Of a DNA stretch of 64,000 nt, positions 10,347-20,003 are shown in pieces; position 1 is the stretch's first letter; each line of letters begins with the position of its first letter. Below the pieces are notes generated by a model that saw only the letters and a list, made by a program, of their open reading frames with translations, had not been told where the DNA came from and ran no database searches. The translations under genes were made by a program, and so were the position numbers. The stretch lies in assembly GCA_965116875.1 (NCBI GenBank), contig OZ220733.1, forward strand, positions 128,001-192,000. The letters run 5' to 3'. The stretch comes from Candidatus Latescibacterota bacterium. Its GTDB lineage: Bacteria; Latescibacterota; UBA2968; GCA-2709665.

Positions 10347-12278
10347 ATGAACGCTTCGAAAATCTGTGACGTCCCTTTCCTGGCGCCCTCCAATTCCACC
10401 GGGGAGCTCATCTTCGACCCCGGACTCGGCCGCCGCGTGCTCTATCAGTCCATGTTTTCCGCGGTCCCGGGCCGGCCGCCGGCTCTGGTACGCACGGACT
10501 TCGAGCGCCACGAATATGCGTCATTCCCCCAGCCCGATGGCCGGGGGACATGGAAGGTCCGGCTCCTTTCCGACCACAAGCTCTGGTTCGGGATGAACGG
10601 TCCGGGGCAACTCGCCTGCTTCAACCCGATGACCGAGTCCTGGGAAGACGTCCCGCGCCATCGGCCGTCCACGAAAAACACCCATCTTACGGACGTGGTC
10701 GAAGGACCGGACGGGCGATTGTACATGCCCGGGTACCCCTCCGGCACGTGCGTGAGTTTCGACCGTGCAACCGGCGAATACGGGGAAGTCCCCGTGGCGG
10801 ATAGCAACCATCAGCTGTTCGCCGCCTGCGTTACCGACGGCGGACACATCGGCATTCTCAATGGCCTCCAGCACGGCGTCTATGCCCTCGAACCTCGAAC
10901 CGGGGACGTCACAGTCACGTCTCCGCCCCACCTCACGGGGCGGCCGGATGCCTACAGCGGCTTCCTGCGGCTCGGAGACGAATTCCTTGTCTCCCTCGGC
11001 GACCCTGAGGGCGGCATTGAAATCTGTCGATTTTCCGCGCAAGACCTCGGCTTCATCGGCTCTTTCGTCGTGAAGACCGCGATCACCTCCGGACGGAACC
11101 TGATGGCCTCCCCGGACGGGCGCCCTTTCCTGAGCGTGGACGACGGTTACATCTACGCCATCGACCTCGAATCGCATACGGCCGAACCCGTCTGCCGCAT
11201 TCCTTACGTCCCAAGCCGCGGCAACTACTTTTTCCTGGATGAGCATCGGGTCCTTTTCGCGGGCCATTCACAGTATTACGGCGTCTGCGATATCAGGACC
11301 GCCGAACTCGATCTCCACCGGACCGAGATCGAAAATCCTCCCATCGGCATCTTCTCCATCCTGCCGGCGGCTTCCGGGGATATCTACTGCTCGGCCCATC
11401 TGGGTCTTTCCCTCACGCGCGTGGATCCCGGGATGAAGCGGGCGGACGTGCTGGGCCTGACGTACAACGGTTCCGGCGAAATCTACGGCAGCGCCGAAGC
11501 CCGCGGCCATATCTACAGCATCTCGTACACCCACAACGTCCTTACGGTATACGACCCGCAACAACCCTGGCGACCCGGTCCGGCGAAGGGCGACAACCCG
11601 CAGAATCTCGGATCGATGGGCGACGAACAGTACCGCCCCGTCACCGGCATTCTCAATGGACCGGGAAACAGGCTCTATATCGGATCCATGCCGGATTACG
11701 GGGCCCGGGGCGGCGCGCTTACCGTCGTCAATCCCGAAGACAACAGCCACAGGTCGTTCCGGCACCTGGTCCCCGACCATTCCGTTCTGGGCCTGGCCAC
11801 GGGCCCGGAACACGTGTATGTCGGCACCAGCATCATCGCGGACGGCTATATCCGGCCCGCCCGGGGCAACGCCCGCTTTCTGATTTTCGACCCGGAATCC
11901 GAAATGGTCCTGCACGAATGGGAAGTCGACGGCGCACGCAGTCTCATTACGATGGGATACAGCGCCGGCCGCGTCTTCTTCTGGACCGACGACCACGACG
12001 GGGGCAGTCGCCTTTTCGTTGTCCGCCTGCCGGATCGAGCCGTCAACCGCGTCAGCAATCCGTTCATGGGCGGCAAACCTCACAACCGGCCGATGGCGGA
12101 GAACGCGAACGGCGATCTCTTCTTCACGCACGGCAACCGCATTGTTCGGCTCGACCCCGCAACCGCGGCGCTCACCATCGCGCACACGGCGGGCCCAGGC
12201 CAGAACCCGATTCTGGCCGCCGCAGGAGACGGGATCCTCTTTACCCGGGAACATGAACTCTGGCGCCTTGCGCCTTGA
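10347..12278 (+). CDS. Beta-propeller protein (Vgb/NHL-like), function unknown
   Basis: Repeated GPDGRLY / GPGNRLYIGS / FDP-type blade motifs across 643 aa. Confidence 0.6.
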   Translation: MNASKICDVPFLAPSNSTGELIFDPGLGRRVLYQSMFSAVPGRPPALVRTDFERHEYASFPQPDGRGTWKVRLLSDHKLWFGMNGPGQLACFNPMTESWEDVPRHRPSTKNTHLTDVVEGPDGRLYMPGYPSGTCVSFDRATGEYGEVPVADSNHQLFAACVTDGGHIGILNGLQHGVYALEPRTGDVTVTSPPHLTGRPDAYSGFLRLGDEFLVSLGDPEGGIEICRFSAQDLGFIGSFVVKTAITSGRNLMASPDGRPFLSVDDGYIYAIDLESHTAEPVCRIPYVPSRGNYFFLDEHRVLFAGHSQYYGVCDIRTAELDLHRTEIENPPIGIFSILPAASGDIYCSAHLGLSLTRVDPGMKRADVLGLTYNGSGEIYGSAEARGHIYSISYTHNVLTVYDPQQPWRPGPAKGDNPQNLGSMGDEQYRPVTGILNGPGNRLYIGSMPDYGARGGALTVVNPEDNSHRSFRHLVPDHSVLGLATGPEHVYVGTSIIADGYIRPARGNARFLIFDPESEMVLHEWEVDGARSLITMGYSAGRVFFWTDDHDGGSRLFVVRLPDRAVNRVSNPFMGGKPHNRPMAENANGDLFFTHGNRIVRLDPATAALTIAHTAGPGQNPILAAAGDGILFTREHELWRLAP

Positions 12279-12353
12279 CCGCCGCTTTTTCGCTCGCGCT
12301 CGGGAACTCACCGGTAATTTTAAAACGGCTTCCTGGAGAATTGGAACCGCACC

Positions 12354-14504
12354 GTGAAGACCGGCCCTGACTGGAAGAACCGAATACGCCCGGACCACCC
12401 GCGGATCTTCATCAACCGCGACACCCTGCCGACAATCCGTACCCGCGCGTCGACCGTCAGTAAAGACCATTACATCAAGGTCAGGTCTTTCGAGGAGGCG
12501 AGTCCGCCGGACACGGGATGGGCTGTCATCGACCGCCCGCCGCCGCTGCCCGACGGTACGGAAGTGCGGGACTGGGGCCACCGGATGATGTGCTCGGCCA
12601 TCGTCTACCTCCTGGAACCCTCCGTCGAACGGCTGGACCGGCTCGTTTCCGAACTGCGCGCCAGCGCAGAATACTACCACGCCTGTTACGCCGCAGATGA
12701 GTCCGTGAACTGGTACGCCGCCAGCCGCGCCGCTTGCCTGGTCACCCTGGACTGGATCTGGAACGATCTCGCGGCCAATGACCGGCGGGAGATCGCCCTG
12801 CGATTGCTCGACCACGTGGACGAAGCGCTTCATAAACCGGGCATCCGCCGCCGCAACGGCTCGGACCACCGCAGCGGATTCTACGGCGCGCCCAGCCTGG
12901 CCTGGTTCTCAGGGCTCCTTCTCCATGACGAAGGCATTGACGACGTCCGGGCGACCCGTTTTCTCGAAAAGGGCTATGACGACCACGTCAAACTGCTGGT
13001 TCACCGCGCGGCAGCCTGTGGGGACGACGGCGGCGAAGCCTCGCCCACGCTCGGTTACGCGTTCGGCGAATACCCGCTGGCGCAATGGAATTTCATCCAT
13101 ACCCTTCATTCGTCGACAGGTGAAGACATATCCGGCGACTGGCCGCACATCCGGATGTTTCCCAACTACGTGATCTGGAACTGGCTGCCGGGCGACCTCG
13201 AGTTCGGCTACGGCGACAACGCGCATACCGACAACAGCATACGGACGAACTGGATGTTCACGCACATGTCGCACATTATGCACCTGTTCGGACAGACCCA
13301 TCCGGAGTGGGCCGGACTCGCGAGATATATACGGGACATGGCCGGCGGCGGCTTTCACCTCGACAAGTGGCCCATCTATCCGTTTCTGCTCGACGGCATG
13401 GACAACGCGCCCCCTGCCGCGGGGCCCGACATCCTGCCGCCCGCGCGCCACTTTGAAAACCTGGGTCAGATTTTCATGCGTTCGGGCTCCGCCGAACACG
13501 ACACCTATGCCCTTTTTTGCGGTGGAGGCAGCCTGAGAAGCCACCGCCACTACGACGCAACGCACTTCACCATCTTCAAGCAGGGGTTCCTTTCCCTTGA
13601 CAGCGGCACCCGCGTGGGCAACACCGACAACCTGCAGAACTACTACGCGCAGACCGTCGCCCACAATTGTATATTGATCAGGATGCCCGGCGAGGCGCCG
13701 TCGCCGTACTGGAACGGCGAGGTCTTCGGCCAGGCGGGCGGGCAGAACAAAACCGTCGGTTCCGAAATAACCGCCTTCGAAACCAACTCCCACTTCACCT
13801 ACGTCGCCGCAAACGCCACGCCGGTCTATCATGCCGAAAAATGCGCGCTTATGGTCCGTCAGTTCATCTTTCTTCCGCCGGACCATTTCGTGGTATTCGA
13901 TCGCGTCACGTCCATCCTCGCCGGATACGCCAAAACCTGGCTCATGCACCATGCCAACGAACCAATGGTTGAAGGCGACACATGGCGGTCGGATCAGGAT
14001 CGGGGACGCATTCTCGTCCGGACGCTCCTGCCCGAAGACGCCACTCTTGAAAAGGTAGGCGGAGCCGGCAGGGAATTCCTGGCCGACGGCGTCAACTATG
14101 CGATCGACGCAGGCCCGTCGAACCTCATCGTTGAAAACAAATACCCGATTGGCAGAATGCACTACGACGAGGTCCCGGAGCTGATGGGCCGATGGCGGAT
14201 GGAAGTCAGTCCGGGCGCGGCCCGGAAGGAGGACCTCTTCCTGCATCTCATACAGGTTGGAGATCGATCCCTTTGTGAAATGAGCGATGCGAAGGCCGCC
14301 GTGACCGGGGCCAACGTGCAACTTCGCTTCAGCGATTCAGATGGTGAAGTCTTCGTTTCGTTCGCGGCAAGGGGTGAGACCGGCGGCCACGTCACGCGTG
14401 TACGGCACGGACAGTCGGTCGTTGAAAAGGACCTCGCCCGGGACGTTCAGGCTCAGGAGGGTCTGGCGGTAGCCGAACAGGTTCGATCCGGTTCCGAAGA
14501 ATGA
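12354..14504 (+). CDS. Heparinase II-like polysaccharide/oligosaccharide lyase
   Basis: HPRIF N-terminus, MRSG, HRHYDATHFTIFKQGFLSLDSG, YYAQTVAHNCILI, FVVFDRV, GRWRMEVSP, FLHLIQV resemble heparin lyase II (PL21-like). Confidence 0.75.
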   Translation: MKTGPDWKNRIRPDHPRIFINRDTLPTIRTRASTVSKDHYIKVRSFEEASPPDTGWAVIDRPPPLPDGTEVRDWGHRMMCSAIVYLLEPSVERLDRLVSELRASAEYYHACYAADESVNWYAASRAACLVTLDWIWNDLAANDRREIALRLLDHVDEALHKPGIRRRNGSDHRSGFYGAPSLAWFSGLLLHDEGIDDVRATRFLEKGYDDHVKLLVHRAAACGDDGGEASPTLGYAFGEYPLAQWNFIHTLHSSTGEDISGDWPHIRMFPNYVIWNWLPGDLEFGYGDNAHTDNSIRTNWMFTHMSHIMHLFGQTHPEWAGLARYIRDMAGGGFHLDKWPIYPFLLDGMDNAPPAAGPDILPPARHFENLGQIFMRSGSAEHDTYALFCGGGSLRSHRHYDATHFTIFKQGFLSLDSGTRVGNTDNLQNYYAQTVAHNCILIRMPGEAPSPYWNGEVFGQAGGQNKTVGSEITAFETNSHFTYVAANATPVYHAEKCALMVRQFIFLPPDHFVVFDRVTSILAGYAKTWLMHHANEPMVEGDTWRSDQDRGRILVRTLLPEDATLEKVGGAGREFLADGVNYAIDAGPSNLIVENKYPIGRMHYDEVPELMGRWRMEVSPGAARKEDLFLHLIQVGDRSLCEMSDAKAAVTGANVQLRFSDSDGEVFVSFAARGETGGHVTRVRHGQSVVEKDLARDVQAQEGLAVAEQVRSGSEE

Positions 14505-14540
14505 AGTCCGGTAACCTGCCTTTTAACGAAGAGATTTCAA

Positions 14541-15443
14541 ATGAACGAATTTCGCGGCATCTACCCCGCGCTGATCACACCGATGACGCGTGAAGGCGAC
14601 TTCAACGAAGATGCCTTCCGCCGGCTGGTTGAATACAACGTAAAATCGGGCGCCCACGGTTTCTGGGTTGCCGGCGGCGCAGGGGAAAGCGTCCTTTTGG
14701 GAGACGACGAAAACGCCCGCATCGCCAGGGCCGCCGTCGAACAGGCCTCGGGCCGCGCGAAGATCATCATGCACATTGGCGCGCCCACCACGGAACGCGC
14801 CGCCAGGATGGCTGAGAACGCCGCGGAAGCCGGCGTTGACGCCATCTGCGCCGTTCCCCCGTTTTTTTATCGGGTCGGGCCAGACGAAATCGCCGAACAC
14901 TACCGGGTTGTCGCCGTAGCGGCGGACCTTCCCCTGTTCATCTACAACCTTCCAGGCGCCACGGATGTAGAGATCACGCTCGAACTGGCGGAGACGATCC
15001 GGGAGCAGGTACCGCAACTCGCCGGACTGAAACATTCCGCTCCGGCATTCGTAAACACGCGCCATTTCGCCAGAATGGGCCTTTCGTGCCTTATCGGGAG
15101 CGCCGCGTTGCTCCTTCCCGCGCTCACCATCGGCGCATCAGGCTGCGTGGACGGCCCGCTTGCGCTGTCTCCGGACGCGTGGGTCAATATCTGGAAGGCG
15201 TACCATCGCGGCGATATCGAGACCGCGGAGGCTGAACAGAGGCGGGCAACTGATTTCTATATGATCTTCAACCGCGCCGGATACATCGCGTCCATGAAGG
15301 CCCTGATATCCGAGAAACTTGGCATCGATTGCGGCGTTCCCCGACCGCCGCAGCGTCCGCTCACCAGCGACGAGCGAACCTATGTCATCCGGACGGCGAC
15401 GTCGCTGGGAATGATGGAAATCGAAAGTCAGGATGGCGATTGA
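14541..15443 (+). CDS. DapA/N-acetylneuraminate lyase family aldolase
   Basis: GIYPALITP, GGAGES, VPPFFY, FIYNLP, GLKHS (Schiff-base Lys). Confidence 0.88.
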   Translation: MNEFRGIYPALITPMTREGDFNEDAFRRLVEYNVKSGAHGFWVAGGAGESVLLGDDENARIARAAVEQASGRAKIIMHIGAPTTERAARMAENAAEAGVDAICAVPPFFYRVGPDEIAEHYRVVAVAADLPLFIYNLPGATDVEITLELAETIREQVPQLAGLKHSAPAFVNTRHFARMGLSCLIGSAALLLPALTIGASGCVDGPLALSPDAWVNIWKAYHRGDIETAEAEQRRATDFYMIFNRAGYIASMKALISEKLGIDCGVPRPPQRPLTSDERTYVIRTATSLGMMEIESQDGD

Positions 15444-15515
15444 CCTCAGCGGGCCGCGGCGCGATCTCTTTCCGAAGCGCAGCGCCTGTGAACTCTATTC
15501 CTGGAGACCACCCTT

Positions 15516-16421
15516 ATGATCCCCCTGCTCAGCAGCCTGTGCTACGGACCGCTCGAAGTCTGCCAGCTCCCGCGGACCTGGTGGAAGGTCCTGCTCCGGA
15601 ACGCCGGTTCACTCGACGAAGAGTACCCTGACGTCAGCGAAGGCCTGGACAAATCCGTCCTCGAAGTGCTGAATCTGGACAGAGAGGCGACCCTGGCCTA
15701 TTTGCGGGAGAACATGCCCGGCTACCTGCAGTTCGAAGCCTGGGTCCTCCGGCAGAACGATGGAGCTCTCGACCGAAAGGCGATCGACAAGTGGAACGAA
15801 TCCGTACGAACCCGAATTCACACCCGGCCGGACAAGCTCGAGGAAACCACGGGGGACATCGGCATTCCAAATGACGGCGCGATCACGTCTGCCGTGGTAC
15901 TCAACGGCCTCCAGGACTGGTCGCTCTTCTACAAACGTGACCTCACCGGGGGGTTCTCCTCCCTGGGCGGACGTGTTGTGCCCCTCATCTCCAGCCTGGA
16001 CTACGGACCGCTCAACGTCTGCCAACTCCCGCGAACGTGGCTGAAAATACTGTTGAAGTCGCGGAACCTGCTGCATCCCGATTATCCCGCCATGACCGGG
16101 GACGGCCTGGATCCCCGTGCTCTGCGCGCCGTGAACATCCGTCCTCACGACGCGCTCCGTTACATAAGGGACAACGCGCCGTCCTATCTCGACTTCGAAG
16201 CCTGGATTCTCGAACGGAACGAAGGGCATGTAGACCGTAACGCCGCAGACGTATGGAACGCGTTTGTGCGAAACCGGATCCACTCGAATGAGAAAATCGT
16301 GGATATTCACAATACACTGGGCCTGGACAACGACGGCAGGCTGACCTCCGCCGTCATCCTGAACCACGTTGAAGACTGGCACTTCGCACACGCCGACCTG
16401 ACGGGCGGGGGCGCTACGTGA
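15516..16421 (+). CDS. Protein with two tandem DUF5069-like domains
   Basis: Internal duplication: IPLLSSLCYGPLEVCQLPRTW...SAVVLNGLQDW and VPLISSLDYGPLNVCQLPRTW...SAVILNHVEDW. Confidence 0.65.
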   Translation: MIPLLSSLCYGPLEVCQLPRTWWKVLLRNAGSLDEEYPDVSEGLDKSVLEVLNLDREATLAYLRENMPGYLQFEAWVLRQNDGALDRKAIDKWNESVRTRIHTRPDKLEETTGDIGIPNDGAITSAVVLNGLQDWSLFYKRDLTGGFSSLGGRVVPLISSLDYGPLNVCQLPRTWLKILLKSRNLLHPDYPAMTGDGLDPRALRAVNIRPHDALRYIRDNAPSYLDFEAWILERNEGHVDRNAADVWNAFVRNRIHSNEKIVDIHNTLGLDNDGRLTSAVILNHVEDWHFAHADLTGGGAT

Positions 16422-16425
16422 ACAC

Positions 16426-16449
16426 CGGCCGCCAACGTCCGGGCGGCCG
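16426..16449. terminator. Possible terminator hairpin
   Basis: CGGCCGCC-8 nt-GGCGGCCG just after the stop at 16421; no + strand U-tract. Confidence 0.3.
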
Positions 16450-16582
16450 AAAGACGACCCCCGGACCTCACCCTTCAATAACCCAACCGCAGCAAGTGCG
16501 TGATCTGGTGTAGGAATTCAGACCCTCCGCCCACTCCCGAGTTGACATTTCTACAGGCATTCATCTTGCCTTGAGTTAGTTG

Positions 16583-16611
16583 TTGACATGTTTCGATTTA
16601 TGAACTAAAAT
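16583..16611 (+). promoter_or_regulatory. Sigma70-like promoter upstream of the WD40 array
   Basis: TTGACA-17 bp-TAAAAT in an AT-rich patch. Confidence 0.6.
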
Positions 16612-17010
16612 ACAGTTAAATTCGGGTATTAGTCTATGTTGTAGACAGATGGATCTGGCGGGGCCGATCACTCAGGCGAAGCCGGTTATTCAATCCCGGA
16701 TTCATCAAGGGAACAGCCTACGCCACGTAATTGGGTTTCAAGGGTTTCAGGAAGGGTGGTGATATTCGGATCCACGTCGCCAAGCGTTGTGCCGATGTAC
16801 ATTTACGTGAGAAACTGTGGTTCGGGGCAGGTTTCGGAATCATACGCTGCGCTGTGTGAGTGATCGGGCGATCGTGCTGAAACACGTATTCCTCGCTTTT
16901 GCATATCGCCGTCACACCCTCCATGTAAATCCCAGATCCCAACAGGCACAGTCTCTTCAACCGGTTTGAACTCAGTCATTCTCCGGTAGATTGCGTGAAT
17001 CGCTTTCCGT

Positions 17011-17466
17011 GTTGTGGTTATGTACGCGCATTGCGCCATAATCACGACATGAAACGGCGCCCACGTGTATCTGAGTCCGGGGTGTGGCCGGACGGCCGGT
17101 CTTGTGTTCCTTTCACGGTTTATCGCACGAACCGGAGTTGAACGCCGTCCCCGATGTGGCTGAGTGGCGCGCCCTGCGCTATCATTACGGTTTTTCACCC
17201 TGCTCTATTGAATCGCTGCCCCGCGTGCGGCCGAGCGGCGCGCCCTGCGCCCATATCCCGGTCGATTACCGGCATCACGTGAACCACGGTTCGCGGTGCG
17301 ATTCGGCGACGTGTCTTCCGCTTCAATTTCCCGGTATTTCATCATTATCGCAGGAATCACCGTCCCGGTGCGGCTGAGCGGCGCGCCTGGCGCTCGATTC
17401 TGCCGGCCGATGCCATACCCACGTGTACGACAGTCATGGGTATGGCAGAGCGACGGGCCGTGCGGT
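17011..17466. repeat. Degenerate periodic non-coding repeat array (7 copies of a ~28-nt core, period 70-72 nt)
   Basis: Core ~GGTGCGGCTGAGCGGCGCGCCCTGCGCT at 17011, 17081, 17153, 17224, 17295, 17367, 17439; intervening segments of 43-44 nt. Confidence 0.7.
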
Positions 17467-17522
17467 TTGATCCGTGTCAATCCGTTTCGTCGCAGTCATA
17501 CCTGGTCAGGAAAGGCGTTCAG

Positions 17523-19616
17523 ATGAACAGGACATCGATATTGAGTACTGTCATTCTCCTGGCGGCTGCCTTGTTCGTACAAGCCGCCCGTGCACAGGAT
17601 ACCAATCGCTGGAATCTCCCCGACGGGGCCCTGATGCGTTTGGGCAAAGGAGACGTGCGCGACGTGGTCTGGTCGCCGGACGGAACGCGCCTGGCGGCGG
17701 GAGGCAGCGTCGGCATCTGGCTCTACGATGCCGGGACAGGCGAGGAAATCTCGCTGATCACGGGACATTCGCAGACGATCAACGGAATTGCGTTTTCGCC
17801 CGGCGGTCTGACGCTGGCAAGCGGCAGCCGGGACCATACGGTACGGTTGTGGGACGTGGCCACAGGACAGGGAAAAAGCATCCTCACGGGACATACCGGC
17901 GACGTCGAGGCGGTGGCATTCTCACCGGACGGGACGACGTTGGCAAGCGCCGGTGGTGACTCAACGGTGCGGATGTGGGACCTGTCCACCGGGAAGGAAC
18001 AACATACGCTCATGGGACATGTCGGGGAAGTTGGGTCCGTCGTGTTTTCACCCGATGGTCTGTCGCTGGCAAGCGCCGGAAACGACTCCACGGTGCGGGT
18101 GTGGGACGTGGCCACGGGGCAGGAACAACACACGCTTGCCGGACGTGTCGGAGAGGTTTGGTCGTTCATCGGAATGGTCCGGCCGGTCGCGTTTTCACCC
18201 GACGGTCTGACGCTGGCAAGCGCCGGAAGCGACTCCAGGGTTCGGTTGTGGGACCTGGAATCGGGACGGGTAAAAAGCGCACTCGCGGGGCACGGGTCGA
18301 TCGACTATTCGGTGATGTTTTCTCCTGACGGATCGACCCTGGTAAGCACTGGCGGCTATCGGGACCCAACGGTGCGGTTGTGGGACCTGGACACCGGACT
18401 GGAAAAACACGCCCTGACGGGACACGCGATGTTGGTCAGGTCGGTGACGTTTTCGCCGGATGGGAGGACGCTGTCCACCGCCGATTGGGACAATACGGTG
18501 CGGGTATGGGACGTGGAATCGGGGCAGAATCGAAGTACTCTCACGCTTACCCTCACAGGGCATACCCGACAAGTACATTCGGCGGCGTTTTCGTCGGATG
18601 GGCGTCGGCTGGCAAGCGGAAGTTGGGACTGGACGATGCGGCTGTGGGACGTGGCCGCAGGAAAGGAGCAAGGCATCCTTGAAGGCCATGACAGTGTGGT
18701 CAGGTCGGTGGCGTTTTCGCCGGATGGGAGGACGCTGGCAAGCGGCAGTTACGACTGGACGGTCCGGTTGTGGGACGTGGCCACCGGTCACGAGACAAAC
18801 ACGCTTAAAGGACACACCAGTCGAGTCGGGTCGGTGACATTCTCGCCCGATGGTCTGACGCTGGCAAGCGCCGGCAGTGACAATACGGTGCGGTTGTGGG
18901 ACGTGGCCACCGGTCAGGAAAAGCACGTCCTGACGGGACACGCGGCAAGGGTCTATTCGGTGGCGTTTTCGCCGGATGGCAGAACGCTGGCAAGCAGCAG
19001 TCTTGATGAGACGATACGCATGTGGGACGTGACCAGCGGGCGTCAGAAAAACACGCTCGCAGGTCATTCCCGCTGGATCTATTCGCTGGCGTTTTCACCT
19101 GATGGGACGACGCTCGCAGGGCCCGATGGCGATGGTACGGTGCGGCTGTGGGACGTAGCTACGGGACAGCTCATTCGCACCCACACTACATACAAAGAGG
19201 GTTTCTTGTCTGTGGCGTTTTCACCCGACGGGGCAACGCTCGCGACCGGCAGTCTGTTCAGGACCGTATGGTTGTGGGACATGGCCACCGGACGGGAACT
19301 ACGCACCTTCACGGGACATACCGGTCTGATCAGGTCGGTGGTGCTTTCACCGGATGGAACGACGCTTGTAAGCGGCAGTTACGACGGTACGATTCTGGTG
19401 TGGGATGTCGATTCACGAGCCGCGTTGCAACCCCGTGCCGCCGACTTTGACGGTGACGGGGCCGTTGGTTTTTCAGATTTCTTGCAATTCGTAGCGAATT
19501 TCGGACTGAGCTGGGGAGATGAGGGATATGACGCGCGCTTCGATCTGGACGGCGACGGTACCGTCTCGTACAGCGACTGGACGATCTTCAGACGCAACTA
19601 CGGCCTTGGTTCCTGA
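17523..19616 (+). CDS. Secreted WD40 protein W1 (14 repeats) with C-terminal paired EF-hand/dockerin-like module
   Basis: Signal peptide ..ARA-QD, RWNLPDGALMRLGKG cap, [14 protein letters not shown]...D.TVRLWD repeats, DFDGDGAVGFSD/DLDGDGTVSYSD. Confidence 0.92.
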   Translation: MNRTSILSTVILLAAALFVQAARAQDTNRWNLPDGALMRLGKGDVRDVVWSPDGTRLAAGGSVGIWLYDAGTGEEISLITGHSQTINGIAFSPGGLTLASGSRDHTVRLWDVATGQGKSILTGHTGDVEAVAFSPDGTTLASAGGDSTVRMWDLSTGKEQHTLMGHVGEVGSVVFSPDGLSLASAGNDSTVRVWDVATGQEQHTLAGRVGEVWSFIGMVRPVAFSPDGLTLASAGSDSRVRLWDLESGRVKSALAGHGSIDYSVMFSPDGSTLVSTGGYRDPTVRLWDLDTGLEKHALTGHAMLVRSVTFSPDGRTLSTADWDNTVRVWDVESGQNRSTLTLTLTGHTRQVHSAAFSSDGRRLASGSWDWTMRLWDVAAGKEQGILEGHDSVVRSVAFSPDGRTLASGSYDWTVRLWDVATGHETNTLKGHTSRVGSVTFSPDGLTLASAGSDNTVRLWDVATGQEKHVLTGHAARVYSVAFSPDGRTLASSSLDETIRMWDVTSGRQKNTLAGHSRWIYSLAFSPDGTTLAGPDGDGTVRLWDVATGQLIRTHTTYKEGFLSVAFSPDGATLATGSLFRTVWLWDMATGRELRTFTGHTGLIRSVVLSPDGTTLVSGSYDGTILVWDVDSRAALQPRAADFDGDGAVGFSDFLQFVANFGLSWGDEGYDARFDLDGDGTVSYSDWTIFRRNYGLGS

Positions 19617-20003
19617 AGCAAATACACGGTGTCAGAAACAGGTTGCGTCAGGTCCGCATTGGGGCCGGGAGCCGCTTCCATCGGGCGGGTTCAGGCATGG
19701 GAGTTGAATCCTTGATGGACGCGTGCATTGACTTCGCATCATTCTCCCATTCTTCCCGCGTTCAGAAAGGAGGTGGTATCGGAATCCACGTCGCGAAACG
19801 TTGGACCGCGGTATATGTACGTAAGAAGCGATGCCTCGGGGCAAGTGCTGAACTGAAACGTCTCGCGGCTTGAACGTTCGAGCAACGTCCAACGGCTCTC
19901 TCGGCAAGCAGATCACTCGCTCCGGGTTATTACAGGAGTCACATCAGTTACTGTCTCTTCTTGCGGTCTCATCCGAGTTTATCAGAATCAGGGAGGGTAA
20001 ACC

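Noticed and set aside
17011-17466. Canonical CRISPR array
   Set aside because: Repeats are too degenerate, spacers share conserved positions, and no cas gene is present; kept as an unexplained periodic array
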